In this document: positions 49,198-63,514 of the stretch, one piece after another
How the letters are laid out: each line of letters begins with the position of its first letter
Position numbering within the stretch: the stretch's first letter is position 1
Source of the DNA: Squalus acanthias
Taxonomy: Eukaryota
DNA length: 64,000 bases
NCBI GenBank assembly: GCA_030390025.1
Contig: CM059449.1
Location: 33,604,001-33,668,000, forward strand
Reading direction: 5' to 3'
Program-made: the position numbers and the translations under genes
Notes under the pieces: model-generated
Told to the model about the DNA's origin: nothing
What the model saw: only the letters and a program-made list of their open reading frames with translations
The model's database searches: none

Positions 49198-50424
49198 CCT
49201 TGTCATTAATGCCCTTTTTAACGGAGACTAGGACCTCAGGCTTAGAAGCCAGAGGAAGCAGAGCAGAGCGGATGTGCTCTCAGGGAGTCTACTAAATGCT
49301 ACTGTTTCGTCCACTTTTCCTGGGGGTGGAAGCAGATCCACAGCCCAGAATTTGTGGCCCGAAAGGTGCAAACATGCAGGATGATGCTGTCACTCAGGAC
49401 AGTGCAGCCAGTCAACCTCACTTCAACTGCCTCAGAGACCGCCATGTGTGGGAATCATTAGCCAAGGGCAGGTTGACCGTGCTTTGGAATTGAAGATACA
49501 GCCTCCTGCTGATCTCTCATGGTTCATAGCTGTCATGAGTCTAATTCCACTTCAGTTCCAGGGGACTCTTGCTGCAAGGTGTCAGCTATCCAATTCTGAA
49601 CCTGCTGCCACTGAGGGAACTACACAGAACAGTAAGATGATGGACATTACATAATGAAGAGAGCAGTCGACAAAGTTGGACGTGGAGGTAGTAAGAAAAT
49701 TCCATTTGTTTTACAAAAGTATTGTTGTCACTGAAATAATGTGTTGCGACTGATTAGTAAGATTGATCCAATGTCAAGGAGAAATAACATGGGTTTCCGA
49801 CATGGTGCTATGCTACAGAGTTACCAGTGAGAATGTGATTGAGAAGAAACTATTGTCATGGCGTGCATTATAATGTTAGGATTGTTAATGGTTAGGGTTT
49901 GGACATTATTCAGCTAAAGTTGTTCCTAATGAGATGCTACCGTCTCTGTGCATGACCGGGGCCCCAGGCTTGCTTACCAGGATCCTACTTGTACTCTGGC
50001 TCTGTGTCATCAGCCTACTGATACTCATTTATTTGGGCATCATCCATGACCTCTTTGGACACATTGGGGTGATTTGAGCCTGATGCCATATGCAGATAAA
50101 TCTCTGTGTTATCGGAGATTCTTGACGCCCTGTACCGCAGGCTATCCTGGCACCTGAACATTGTACTTACCTGTGCATCAGTAGGAGAAATAACTCACTT
50201 TGAGTCGCACAAGGAAGCGTTGGGTTTCCTCTACACCGATCTTCCCCCTTCTCTGACCACGTTCTTCATCCATCCAGGTACCTTGTGCCAGGAGCCGGTT
50301 CCTTGAAGGTCCCAGGCTGCACCCTCCTGCCACCGATTTTAACGGGTTGGCAGCAGATTGCATCGCATTCAAGGCCGTTTCGGTCCTGAAATCAGCAGGC
50401 GGCAGGCTCATCATTCCAGGTCGT

Positions 50425-52890
50425 TATTTGTTTTCGTTGCTGGGATGTGGGCATCGCTGGCAAGGCCAGCATTTATTGTCCATCCCTAATAGCCGTTGAG
50501 AAGGTGGTGATGATTCACCTTCCTGAACCGCTGCAGTACACAGAGCTGCTAGGGAGGGAGTTCCAGGATTTTGACGCAGTGACGATGAAGGAACAACCCT
50601 ATATTTCGAAGTCAGGATGGTGTGTGACTCGGAGGGGAACTTGGAGGTGGTGGTGTTCCCATCAGTATGCTGCCATTGTCCTTCAAGGTGGTGGAGGTTG
50701 CGGGTTTGGGAGGTGCTGCCGAAGAAGCCTTGGCGAGTTGCTACAGTGCTTCTTCTAGATGGTACACACTGCAGCCAACGTACGCCGGTGGTGGAGGGAA
50801 GAATGTTTAAGGTGGTGGATGGGGTGCAGATCAAGCGGGCTGCTTTGTCTTGGATGGTGTCGAGCTTACTGAGTGTTGTTGGAGCTGCACTCATCCAGGC
50901 AAGTGGAGATTATTGCACAACACTCCCAACTTTTGCCTTGTAGATGGTTGAATGTCTTTGGGGAGTCAGGAGGTGAGTCACTCGCCACAGATTACCCAGC
51001 CTCTGACCTGATCCTTTAGTTAAATATATATGTGGCTTGTCCAGTAAAGTTTATGGTGACCCCCCCTCCACCCCCAGGATATTTATGGTAGGGATTCGGC
51101 GATGGTAATGCCACTGAATATAAAGGGGTGGTGCTTAGACTCTCTCATGTTGGAGATAGTTATGCTTGGCAGTTGTCTCGCGCGAATGCTATCTGCCACT
51201 TATCAACCCAAGCCTGAATGTCATCCAAGTCTGGCTGCATGCGGGCATGGATTGCTTCAGTATCAGGGAAGTTGCGAATGGCACTGAATACTGTGCAATC
51301 ATCAGCAAACATCCGCAATTCTGACGTTATGATGGAGGGAAGGACATTGATGAAGCAGCTGACGATGGTTGGGCCTACAACACTGCCCTGAGGAACTCCT
51401 GCAGCGATGTCCTGGGGCTGAAATGATTGGCATCCAACAAACTCAACCATCCTTTGTATTAGGTATGACTCCAGCTAGTGGAGAGTTTGCTCCCTGATTC
51501 CCACTAAGTTCAATTTTACTAAGGCTCCTTGAAACCACACTCGGTCAAATGCTACCTTGATGTCAAGGGCATTCACTCTCATCTCACCTCTGGAATTTCG
51601 CTCTTTTGTCCACGTTTGGAACAAAGCTGTAATGAGGTCTGGGGCTGAATGGTCCGGGCGGAACGCAAACTGAGCATGGGTGAGCAGGTTGCAGGTGAGT
51701 AAGTGCTTCTTGACAGCACTTTCGACCACACCTTCCATCATTTTGCTGAAGATTGAGAGTACATTGATCGGACGTTAATTGGCCAGATTGGATTTGTTCT
51801 GATTTTTGTTGACAGGATACACCTGGGCAGTATCCACATTATCGGGTAGATGCCGGTATTGTATCTGCACTGGAACTGATTGGCTAGGGACACATCTAGT
51901 TCTGGAGCACAAGTCATCTGTACGATAGCGGGATGTTGTTGGGGCTCATCCAATGCACTCAGCCGTTTCTTGATATCACGTGGAGTGAAGCGAATTAGCT
52001 GAAGACTGTTTTCTGTGATTGTGGGGACCTCAGGACGACGTGAAGTTGAATCATCCACTCGGCACTTCTGGCTGAATATGGATGCAAACGCTGCAGCCTT
52101 GTCCTTTGCACTCGCGGTCTTGGCTCCTCCATCATTGAGGATGAGTGTGTTCATGGATCCTCCTCCTCCTCCACCATTCACAACTGGATGTGACAGGACT
52201 GCAGAGCTTTGACCTAATCCGTTGGTGGTGGGATCGCTTAGCTCTGTCTATAGCGTGCATGTAGTTCTGTGTTGCAGCTTCCGCAGTTTGGCACCTCATT
52301 TTTATGTACGCCTTGTGCTTCTCTTGGCATTCTCTTCTACACTCCGATGGTCACCTGGTCTGATGGTAATGGTAGAGTGAGGGATATGCCGGGCTTGATT
52401 GTGATGCAATACAATTCTGCTTCTGGCCCACAGCGCCTCGTGGATGCCCAGTTTTGAGAACTAGATCTGTTCTGAATCTATCTCATTTAGCACAGTGGTA
52501 GTGCCACGCAACACGATGGAGGGTGCTCTCAGTGTGAAGATGGGACTTCATCTCCATAGGACTTTGAAGTCGTCGCCCCTACCAATACTGCAATGGGCAG
52601 ATGCATCTGCGAAAGGTAGGTTGGTGAGGAGGAGGTCAAGTAGGTTTTTCACTTGTGATGGTTTTCTCACCACCTGCTGCAGTCCCAGTCTGGCAGCTAT
52701 GTCCTACAGGACTCGGCCAACTAGGTCAGTAATGATGCTACACAGACACTCTTGGTGATGGACATTGAAGTCGCCCACCCAGTGTACAAAGTCCCCTTGC
52801 TACCCTTAGTGCTTCTTCCAAGTGGTCTTAAACATGGAGGTGTACTGATTCATCAGCTGAGACGAGGCGGTAGGTGGTAATCAGCGAGAG
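50425..52890 (-). mobile_element. LINE family B, long degenerate copy (endonuclease remnant to tail)
   Basis: WVGDFNVH (about 52760-52783), GVPQGSV and FADD motifs; tail at 50425-50490. Confidence 0.9.
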
Positions 52891-52894
52891 ATTT

Positions 52895-53195
52895 CGTCGC
52901 CGACAAGTGCAGCATTTATTGCCCCACTTAAGTACAGCTGATTGGCTTGATAGCCCATTTCAGAGGGAAGTTAAGAGTGAACCACATTGCTGTGGGTCTG
53001 GAATCACATATAGGCCAGACCGGATAAGGACGTCAGAAATCCTTTCCGAATGGACATTAGTGAACCAATTGGGTTTTTCAACAATCTCGTAGTTTCATGA
53101 TCACTACTGACACTAGCGTTTTATTCCAGATTTATTTAAATTAAATTAAATTACCCTGCTGCCATGGTGGGTTTTGAACTAATTTCTCCAGATCG
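52895..53195 (-). mobile_element. tRNA-type SINE with family B tail
   Basis: B-box-like GTTCAAAACC on the minus strand near 53171-53180; tail GGGGCAATAAATGCTG. Confidence 0.55.
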
Positions 53196-53684
53196 GTGTA
53201 ATGATATTACCTGTTTGTTTTGATGTGTTTTATTTGCAAACAATAATTAGCGACATCAAAGTAATAACTCAAAATAGCTCCAAGTTTCTGTCATATTGTT
53301 AATGTAACAACTTGAGGAACCACAATTCACTCTGACTATTAAAATTCAGCAATTTAGTGGGATTGTCTCGGCTTTGATAGACAGTCTTGTAGTTTTGTGC
53401 CTGGTCCAAGTATTAGTATCGGACCGATTCGCCAAACCAGCAATTCTGAAAGGGATTCCCGGAGGCTGCTCAAGAAAAGGCAAAGGAATTTTCTATTATA
53501 TATTTCTGAATACAGGAGAAATAGAAACGATCCTCCAGCGCCCACAAAAACACTCAGGCGCAATGTTGGCGTATTGTAGCCTCTCTGGGAATGCATCTTG
53601 TCGGCAGATCGAACCAGCTGCCAGATGAGAATCGGCGCTGACTGATTCCCCGCGCTTCTCACCCGGGAGCAGCTCCGTCAGACC

Positions 53685-53820
53685 TTTCTGATTAAAGGTA
53701 ATCGAACTGAAACGTTAACTCTGTTTCTCGCTTCAAATATTCTACCTGACCTGCTGAGTATTTCCAGCATTTCTGTTTTTATTCCAGATTTCCAGCATCC
53801 GCAGCATATTTCTTTTGTGC
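53685..53820 (+). mobile_element. Penelope-like terminal repeat (family 2) with degenerate hammerhead
   Basis: CTGATTA-AAGGT...AACT-GAAA-CG-TT-AAC (palindrome AACGTT), then the tail TGACCTGCTGAGTATTTCCAGCATTT. Related copies lie on the minus strand at 63930-64000 and, degenerate, at about 20160-20250. Confidence 0.6.
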
Positions 53821-54259
53821 TCCTAATCGGCCGATGTTTAATGCTCAGGCGACAAAGACTGCAATATATCTAAGTTTCTTATGCATGGTAGAAGTAGAGT
53901 GACTCCAATAGAATTTTCCCTGGTCTTCTCCCAATATCACACAACAGCTTCGCTAAAAGATCTTTGTAATCGGGAGAAACTGTGTAAAGTATTGAATTTA
54001 CCACAGGAGATCGGGAGACCCCTCCCAGTAATTGTATTCAATAGTGTTGCTGCAGACACTACACCCCTGATGCAGGGGGCATTTCCAACATCAACAATGG
54101 ACTGAAAGTCGGGCGGGGTTTCCAATGGGCAGGTCGCCCGTTCTTCACATTATCATCCATGTGGTGAAGGTGAAAATGACCCTTGTTCCCCTTCACCTTC
54201 CTCTGGCTCCATCCCTTCTTCCAATCTCACCCCCTGCCGTGTTTTCACTATCTCCTCTC

Positions 54260-54970
54260 ACCTTCCCCTCTCTGACCACGAATGGTCAGTCCACAGCAAA
54301 TGCCTGAGCTTCATTTCCGTACGCCCCCACCTTCAACCTCGGCCTGGACACCACTCTCTTTTTCCATCACCTCCGTCTCCGTGCCCACGTCTTTGGCCAG
54401 GATTCTTCCCCCCGCACAGCAGACCCTTCCTCCCGCTTTCAGAATTCTCATTGTATCTGGACCCCTTCCTCTGACCTCTTGCCTTCTCTAGATCTTTTCA
54501 TTACGAACTGCCAACGTGACATCGGACGTCTAAATTACTCTGGTCCCCTCACTCACTTCCACCTACATCTCTCTGAACTTGCAGAACTCCTTCTCTCAGA
54601 TCCAACACCAACATATTCAGTAAACCTTCTTACAAGGGTGGTGCTATTGTTGTTTGGCGGCCCAAACTCTACCTTGTGGAGGCTGAAGGCCAACTTACTG
54701 ACACTTCCTACTGCCTCCCCAACATGACCCCACTACCGAACATCAAGCCATTCTTTCCAAGACTGACACATGACATCATCTCATCTGGATATATTCCCTC
54801 CACAACTGTCAACCTCATAGACCCCCAAGCTCGCACAGCCCGCTTCTACCTCCTTCCCAAGAGCCACAAACAGGATTGCCCTGGTAGATCCATCGTTTCA
54901 TCATGTTCTTGACCCACGGAACTGATGTCTTCCTATCTCGACACTATTTTTCTCCCCTTCTCCAGACTCT
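54260..54970 (+). mobile_element. Penelope-like element ORF fragment (N-terminal part of RT), degenerate
   Basis: PQARTARFYLLPKSHKQDCPGRSIVSSCS*PTELMSSYLD matches the FYxLPKIHK...RPIVS signature of PLE reverse transcriptases. Frameshifts and stops present. Confidence 0.8.
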
Positions 54971-55409
54971 TTTAATTTCTGCCCCATATGCATTTCCATT
55001 GAAGTCAGTGGAACTGTCTGTCGGTTGGGGCGTATAAATGATGGCAGGTGTGGCACCACCCCTCTTGCCATAAAGAGAAAGATGAATTTTTACTGCAAAT
55101 TTATTCTTCAGCTGTAGCCGAGTTAGAGACGAGGGATTAATTGTTCAGGAGATGAAGACATAATTGAATCCCGGTTGTAAAGACTTACATTGTGTTCTTC
55201 TTTCTATATTTCTGATATAAGATTTGACGTCTGCATTTGTAATGAAAACTCTCTGCGCAACATTGTCATGTTGTAATTACATCCTCCCAAATCTCTCGAT
55301 TTTCCTTTCCATAGACTTTAATTGAGATTAAAATCGGGAAAAGTTGGTAATGCGCAGCTGATCCAATATCACCTTTTTCACTCTAACACCAAATGGAAAA
55401 ATCATAAAA

Positions 55410-55850
55410 AGAACATAAGAAATAGGACCAGGATTAGGCCATTCGGCCCTCGAGCCTGCTCCACCATTCAATAAAATCATGGTTGATCTTCGACCTCAAA
55501 AACATCTTCCCGCCATATCCACATCTCCCTTAATTCCCTTAATATCCAAAGATCAATCGATTCCTATCTTGAATCTACTCAACGAAGGACCTTCCGCAGA
55601 CCTCTGGGGCACAGAATTACAAAGATTCATAACCCTTTGATTGAAGAAATTTCTGCTGATCTCAGCCTCAAATGTCCGATCCCTTATTCTGAGATTTTGA
55701 CCGCTAGTTCTAGACTCCCCAGCCAGGGGAAACATCCTTCCAGCATTTGCTCTATCAAGCCACTTAAGAATTGTGTACGTTTCAATGAGTTCACCTCTAA
55801 TTCTTCAAAACTCTAGGGAATATAGACAAAGTCTACTCAATCTCGCTATG
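55410..55850 (-). mobile_element. CR1 3' fragment
   Basis: MFPLAGESRT...NFFNQRVMNL; CR1 tail. Confidence 0.88.
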
Positions 55851-58800
55851 TCAGACTGTTGCTTGACGTTTCTGTAACACAGGTCTCCCAACTTTGGCAG
55901 CAAGCCCCAGATGGTTATGAGGAGCAGTAGATATGGTACCCTAGTGGTTACGTTACTGGAGTAGTAAGCCAGAGGTCTGAAAGTGATTGTCCAGAGCACG
56001 CAAATTCAAATACCACTATGGTAGTTTCTGAGTTTAATCTTAGTTTATCATTTAAAAAAACGCTGGAGTTAAAATGGTGGTAGCAGTAAAATTGACCATG
56101 AAGCTGTCGAATTGTCAAAAAAACTATTGTCCTATTGGAAGGATAGCTTCTGTCCTTACCAGGTCTGGCCAATACGTGACACCAGTCGCACATCAACGTG
56201 GTGCAAAATTTTCTCCCTCCTGTGCTTATCCAGGTTCCCCTTAAATGAATCTATGCTACCTGCTTCAATTAGTCTTTGTGGTAGCGCTTTTCACGTTCTT
56301 AGCAATCTTTGCTTAAGTACGTTTCTCCTGGATTCCCTATTGGATTTTGTTTTTGTAAACAAAATATGCGCAGGCTTGGTGGTTTTACAGCTGAGACAGG
56401 AGCGCTCGCAGTTACATTCGAAGGTAACTCTCATGCCTCACACCTCGAACACTCTGTCTTGGAACCTGAGATACGAACTGAATTGGTTAAAATCGCACCT
56501 TTGAGAAGCTACTCCTTGCTCACCTTGCCACAATACTGTGAGATTTGATGATATTCTTCTGATATTTTCCGAAAACAATTTAACCATTAGCATAAATATA
56601 ACCTCAGTCATCTTGAGTCCTGAAATTAAAAAAAAACTCTGTTAGATTATGTTGTCTTTACATTCAGCATTGCAACTAATCAAATTTTTGATTTGTAAAT
56701 ATTCAACCTTAATGACTTGAGAGAATAGAAGTATGGGTTTAATAGCTTCTTGGCTGCGCTCACTTTGAAAATTAAACCGTGAGGTTGCAGTCAGCTATCG
56801 CAACAGCAGCTTCAGACTTGCTGCAAGAAAATTTAAAGAAGCAGTGATTGAAGGAGTTCGAGTATTTTGAAAACAAGGCATCATTGTATAACTGTAAATG
56901 CGTAAATCTGCACAACTGCCCATTATGTTTATTTAACTCCTGTGCATTTATTTGTTGTATAACGTATCATGTGTATTTATAAAATCTGCTGCAATCAATT
57001 TCATATAAAATAAAACTCGAACAAAGATGCAGTTAAAGTCATAGATATGATTCATCCAATCAAATAAATAATTGTTGTCAAATAATTTTCAGCCGAAATG
57101 AGTTTAGACTAATCCATTTTTACTTGAAAATTTATAAGGGCAATTTTCAAACATTATCCGTGAAGGCACAGACGTTTCCCAATCTCTGCCACTGTTACCT
57201 CAAGTGACAACATCCGTGGCTTCACCCACACATTTCCTTCCTACAGTTCCCTCCCCCGTGCCTTACATTTCATAACATTCTGTGACGAAATCACCAATGG
57301 CACATTCTCAGCAATGGGTGGAGTTTGGGTTTAAGCTGCTGAGTTGATTACCTCACTTTCAGAATGGCAGGAAAAGTGCAAAAAGCCATTAAACAACTCA
57401 AAAAATATTTACTTGCTTTTCTTTAAGCTTCCTCATTAAATCTAATAAGGAAATACAAGATGAACATTAGCAACAGTTGAATGCCTTGACATCTAGAAAT
57501 GTCTTGTTGTAAAAATGATGATATGGAGTTAACCACCGATTATAAACCGCGCTCAATTTTCTTTTCCATGAAGCCAATATCCCAGAGTTAAACTACTCCC
57601 TGCATTATGATGCATATGTTGGTATTTCACTTCATCGCACCGCACATATAAAGCAGGGCGGCCTTCAGCTGCAGCTCAAATCAATAATACACATTATTCT
57701 TTGCTCATCTGTGTGCAATATTATATTAGCATTGGAGAAAAGGGAATATTTCCCAGGACACCAACAACTTGCCTTTACATAGCGCCTTTAAAGTAGATAA
57801 AACGTCCAAGACACTTCACAGAGACTTAAAGAAAAATAATAACCAGGAGCCACAGAAGAAAATATTCAGAGAATATACCAAAAGCTTCATCGATGTTGTG
57901 GGTTTTAAGGAGGGTTTTACAGGAGGAGGCGGAAGTAAAGAGAATGAAAGGATTGAGAGAGGCCAATCCAGAGTGTGGGCTGTGGGCGGCCTGAGTCAAT
58001 GAAAAGTAAAGCCTGGCGGGGTGCAAAACGGGCGGCCCAACCGATTTCTGCTGCGCCGGGTTGGTAAAACTCAGGGCTACCGGGCTGTAATGAAACAATC
58101 TAAAGAAATTCAGTTACCTCCATTTTACACCGAAGCTTTAATTGTCATTTATTGTGTTTATGGAATGAATACTGGAATATAATTCTCAATGTTAGCAAAT
58201 TAACACTGAAACCAACAAGTCAGCTGTTGTATATTTGTACAGCTTAATAATAATATTATATGAACTCACTTTGTCCAGTTGAGAATGAGAATAACGGCTC
58301 AAATGGACTGGACCTGTTTCTGATTGGGCGGATGCCACCTCTTAGAAAAGGTAGTAACTTCAGGAAATTCAGGGTCAGAGCGATCAAGTAACTAGTTTCG
58401 ATCACCTGGATGGGTCACAAAGGAATTTCCCAGATTATTTCTCCCAAATTGGCCGGCTTTTTCCCTGTGTTTTTTTCGCCTGTACCATTAGATCACATGG
58501 TTTTGGCTGGGTGGAGAGTGTATATATTGTGATAAACAAGGTAACGCAATCCTGTGGGTAAATCGAAATAGACCAGAGGGTCTTCACCTGGCCGTCATTG
58601 TCAGTTTGTTCATATTATCCGAATGTAGGAGGAAGTCACAGCACTGTCCACTGCTTCAAATATCTCTCAATGTAGCAAGATGTGTGGAAGGTTTGGAGAC
58701 GTCACTTAAGTTACTGGGCACATTGATGAGACCAAGGTATATCGAAGATGGTTGAATTTTCAAAACAACGTAATATTTGGGAAATTTGGACTGCAGTGCT

Positions 58801-59649
58801 TTTGAAGATGAACCCTTGGAACAAGAGCTCTCTGTAACATGTCGGTTGGGCATTGAGGAAAGTACATTATCCCTTGGCATAACCGATCCTTCACAGCGCC
58901 CATATCAACCAGTAGAGCTCAGTCTTGCCCGTCGTATCGATAATCTGGAGATGGATATAAAAACTTATTAAAGAGAATATTAGGCATTCAGACCTCTGCT
59001 TGTTGTGTCACTGGAAGTAAATCTGTCGTATCTGGAGGGTGATGTGCGCCAAGTACTAACAGCAGAATATTAGTTAAAGAAAAACACTGAGATTTACGGA
59101 ACATCATCTGCAGAGACAGTGAGAAATGGCGGGGGATGAAATTTAACTTTGGCGGGGACGCAAAACGCGTGGTCGCGAATCGACCGTCAGTGATGCACCA
59201 CCGATTTTCCTTTCCATGATGTGAATCAAAAAACATGTCAAGCGGGATGTAGAACGGGCGGTAATCACTGTACCACCCATTTTAGTCCAACTACCGTGCA
59301 TTTAACCCCATAAACTTCTGAAATAATGAAGCAGCCTTTTGTAGCCGACAATGCAGCATGCATAACATTCAGATACACGAGGGAAAGGGACAGGCAAAAT
59401 ATGTGCCATATACATGAAAGTCAATGACCGTTCAAAACAAGGGAAAGACCAGCCACCCTAAGCTGACCTTCAGTAGTGTGACCGTCACTGAATCCTCCTG
59501 CATACACATCCTGGGTGATAGCATTTATCACAAGGTGAATTGGAATGATTGATTACCACCGTGGTTACAAGAGCAGGACAGAGGGTATATCCTGAATTGA
59601 GTCTTCCATCTCCTAACCTCTCAATGCCTCTCCGCCATCTGTAACGCTT

Positions 59650-60200
59650 AATCCGTGAGTGTGGTTGAACGTTCACCTCTTCTATCCGGCCTCCCTTCTT
59701 CCATACTACATAAACTTCAGCTCATCCAAACTCTGTTTCCGATATCGTAACAAGAACTAAGTCCTTTTCACCCATTTTCCCTGTGCTCACTGGCATATAT
59801 TGGCTCGCGGTCTGTCAACGTCTCGACTTTAAAATTCTCATTCTGGTTTTTAGTTCCCTCCAGGGTCTCGCCCCTCCCTCTCTCTTTAACTTCCTTCAGT
59901 GCAACAAACCTCTGAACTCTCTGTGCTCCTCTAATTCTGCCTGTGGTTCTTCCCCGATTTTAATCGCTCCACCATTGGTGGCCATGCCTTCAGCTGCTTA
60001 GGCCTCAGCTCTGGCATTCCCTCCGTAAACCTCTACGCCTCTCTTCCTCTCTCCACTCCTTTCAGACACTCTTTAAAACATGCCTGTTTGACCAAGCTGT
60101 CCTAATATCGCCTTATGTGGCTCGGTGTCAAAATTTGTTTCAGAACGCTCCTGTGAAGCACCTGTTTTTATGAAATTTAAGATGCAGTATAATTGCAAGT
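59650..60200 (+). mobile_element. L2 LINE 3' fragment
   Basis: QRLDFKILILVFSSLQGLAP; L2-type tail ending in GTT repeats. Confidence 0.75.
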
Positions 60201-60409
60201 TGTTGTTGTTGCTGTTGCTTTAACGGGTGCCCCTGTAATCACACTCAAGCAGATCTGCACCTTCCAGGACAAAGCTCTTCCCATTATGCCGCTGTCAAAT
60301 GACTCAATAGCCTCCTCTCCACCATCAGCGGCCTGTTGCTGCAGGATATGCGATCTACTGTATCAATTTCACAAGTTTACTATGACAGCACCTTCGCCCC
60401 ATTCAACCA

Positions 60410-63400
60410 CAGCCAACAAAGGCTTTAAACTTAAAGGAGAGGGGTCATGTATGGGGAAATATAGAAATCTAAATGGAAAAGTCAAGGCATAGAGCGGTGT
60501 ATAATTTGGGTAAAGATAAGCAGAGTGTGACAGGAAGGGACAGAGAGTTTCATGGAAATAGTGCATCAGCGAATAAGGTGAAAAAACAGGGAATAACAGT
60601 AAAACAAATAAAATTAACGGATCTTTAGCTGAATTCAAGAAGCATTCGGAATTAGCTAGATGAATTAATCGCACAAATATAGATAAATGGGTTTGATCGA
60701 ATAGCAATTACAGAGACCGTCAAGGTGACCAAGGTTGGGAATTAAACTATTCCAGAGTCCTTGACTTTTTAATAAATATGTACACTGAAAAAAAGAGTTG
60801 GGTAGCCTTGATAAGAAAGGATAACGTAAGGACAGTAGTGAGAAAGCATCTAAGTCGGAAGATCAGGAAGTAGAATTAATATGGGTGGAGATAAGAAATA
60901 ACAAGTTACAGAAAACACTGGTGGGAGCAATTATATGCACCCAAACAATAGCTATACCGTTGGACAGAGTATTAATCAAGAAATAATAACGAGCTTGCAG
61001 CAAAGGTATTGCAATAATCACGGAGGAGTTTAATCGTAATATGGACTGAGAAAATCAAATTTACAAAGGTAGTCTGGAGGACGAGTTCATGGAATGCATC
61101 TGAGAAAGTTTCCGAGAACAACGTGTCGTGGAACCAATCAGGGAACAGGCTATTTTAGATCTTGTATTATGTAATGAGACAGGCCTTAATTAGTAATCTC
61201 AAAGTAAATCCTCTGTGGAAGAGTGATGATAATATCATAGAATATCACATTAGGTTTGAGCGTGACATACTTAAGTACGAAACTAAAGTCAATTACGTAG
61301 GTTGAGGGGCGAGTTGGATAAGGTATATTGGCAAATTATATTAAAAGGTATGACGGTGGATAAGCAGTGGAAATTTGAAACAATTCCAAATTTCTCAACG
61401 AATATACATGCCATTGACAAATTAAAAACTCCACAGGAAAAGTGGTCCATCCGTGGCTAACTAAAGAATATAGGTATAGTGTTGGTTTAAAAGAAGAGGC
61501 TTATAATGCTGCGAATAATAATAGTAAGCCTGAGGTTTGGAAGACCTTTAGAAACCAGCAAAGGATGACCAAAATTGATAAAAACGAAGAAAATAGAATA
61601 TTAGTGTAAACCTGCAAGAAATATAAGAACAGAATGTAAGAGATTTTAAAAGAATGTAAAAAAGATGATAGTAGCAAAAGTAAGCGTTTACCCCTTACAG
61701 GCTGTGACCAAAATGAGAAGTCGCACAACACCAGGTTATAGTCCAACAGTTTTATTTGAAATCACAAGCTTTCGGAGCTGCTGCTCCTTCGTCGGGTGAA
61801 GACATTATAATGGGGAATAAGGAAATTGCAGAGAATTAACACATATTTAAAAACAGTCTCACAGTAGAGGACACATAAAGCATACCAGAAATAGTGGGGA
61901 ACAAAGGGGCTATTGAGAGTGATGAACTTAAAGTAATTAATATCAGTAGAAAATAAATAATTGAGAAAATAATGGGACAAAACACGACACAGCCCCTGAG
62001 CATAATGGCCTATATCCTAGGGTTCTAAAAGAGGCGGCTGCAGAGATAGTGGATGCATTGGTTGAGATCTTCCAAAATTCACTAGATTCTAGAACGGTCC
62101 CAGCGGCATGTACGGTAGCAAATATAGCCCCATACTCAAGAAAGGAGGAAGACAGATAACAGTGAACTACAGGCCAGTTAGCCTGACAGTGGTCATCGAG
62201 AAAATGCTGGAATCCATCATTAAGGAAGTGGAAATAGGACACTTCGAAAATTATAATATGGTTAGGCAAAGTCAACATGGTTCTTTGGAAGGAAAATCCT
62301 TTTAACAATTTAGTAGAGTTTTTTGAGGATGTAACTAGCAGAGCAGATAATGGGGAACGATTGGATGCAGTATATTTGGATTTGCAAAACGCATTCGATA
62401 AGGTGTTACATAAAAGTTTGTTATGCATGATAACGGCTCATAGGGTAGGGGATAATATCTTAGTATGGATAGAGCATTGGTTAACGGACAGAAAAGAGGG
62501 ACTAGGGAAAAATGGGTCAATTTCAGTTTTACAAGTTGTAACTAGTGGGGTGCTGCAAGGATCAATGCCTGGGCCTTAGCTATTTGTAATCTATATTAAT
62601 ACCTTTGATGAAGGTGGCAAGTATATTGTCTCCACGTTGGCGGATGATACATCGCTATGTGGGGAATTAAGCTTTGAGGATGACACGCAGAGCCTGAAAT
62701 GGATTTAGATGGTTAGGTGCGTGGGAAAAAAAGCATGCAGATGTAGTATAATGTGAGGAAATGTGAGATGATTCACTCTGGTAGGAAGAATAGAAAAACA
62801 GAATCTTTTTTTAATAGTGAGAAACTATTAAATGTTGTTGTTCAGGGAGATATCGGAAACACAGAAAGTTAACATGCAGGTACAGCAAGTAATCAGGAAA
62901 GTAAAAGGCATGTTGGCCTTTATTGCAAGGAGGTTGAAATACAAGAGTAAGCAATGTACAGGGCTTTGTTGAGACCACACTCTTAATACTTTGCACACTT
63001 CTGGTTTCCTTATCTGAGGAGGGATATACATGCCTTAGACTCAGTGCAACAAAGGTTCACAAGATTGAATCCTGGGGTGAGAGGTTTATCCTATCAGGAG
63101 ATATTGCGTAGACTGGACATATACTCACTGGAGTTTAATTGAATGAGAAGTGATCTCAGTGATGCGTATACAATTCTGAAGGGATTGACAGGGGATAATC
63201 TGAGAGGATGTTTCCCTGGCTGGAGAGTCTAGAACTAGGGGCATAGTCTCAGGAGAAGTAGTCGACTGTTTAAGACTGAGATGCGGAGGAATATCTTCAC
63301 TCATAGAGTTGTGATTCTTTGGAATTCTCTACCCAATGAGCTCTGGATACGGAGTCGTTGAGTATATTCAAGGCTGAGATAGTACTCTATGGGAATCAAG

Positions 63401-63514
63401 GGATATGGTGATCGGACTGGACAGTGAGTTGAGTTAGAAGATGACCATGATCTTATTGTATGGTGAAGCAGGCTCGATAGGCCGTATTGCCTACTCCTGC
63501 TCCTAATACTTATG
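60410..63514 (+). mobile_element. Degenerate CR1 ORF2 (APE+RT) and tail
   Basis: NYRPVSLT, VYLDLQNAFDKV and LQGSM motifs; numerous stops; two Penelope-like insertions. Confidence 0.92.
61707..61801 (-). mobile_element. Penelope-like terminal repeat fragment with mutated hammerhead (61762-61799), inserted in a CR1
   Basis: Minus strand reads TCAC-CCGACGA-A-GGAGC(AGCA)GCTCC-GAAA-GC-TT-GTGA, with core U4>C. Confidence 0.75.

Noticed and set aside
55189-56619. TRIM gene suggested by 96-nt and 23-nt exon sizes
   Set aside because: The 96-nt unit has stops in the phase-0 frame TRIMs use, and no 231-nt coiled-coil or PRY/SPRY exon was found.
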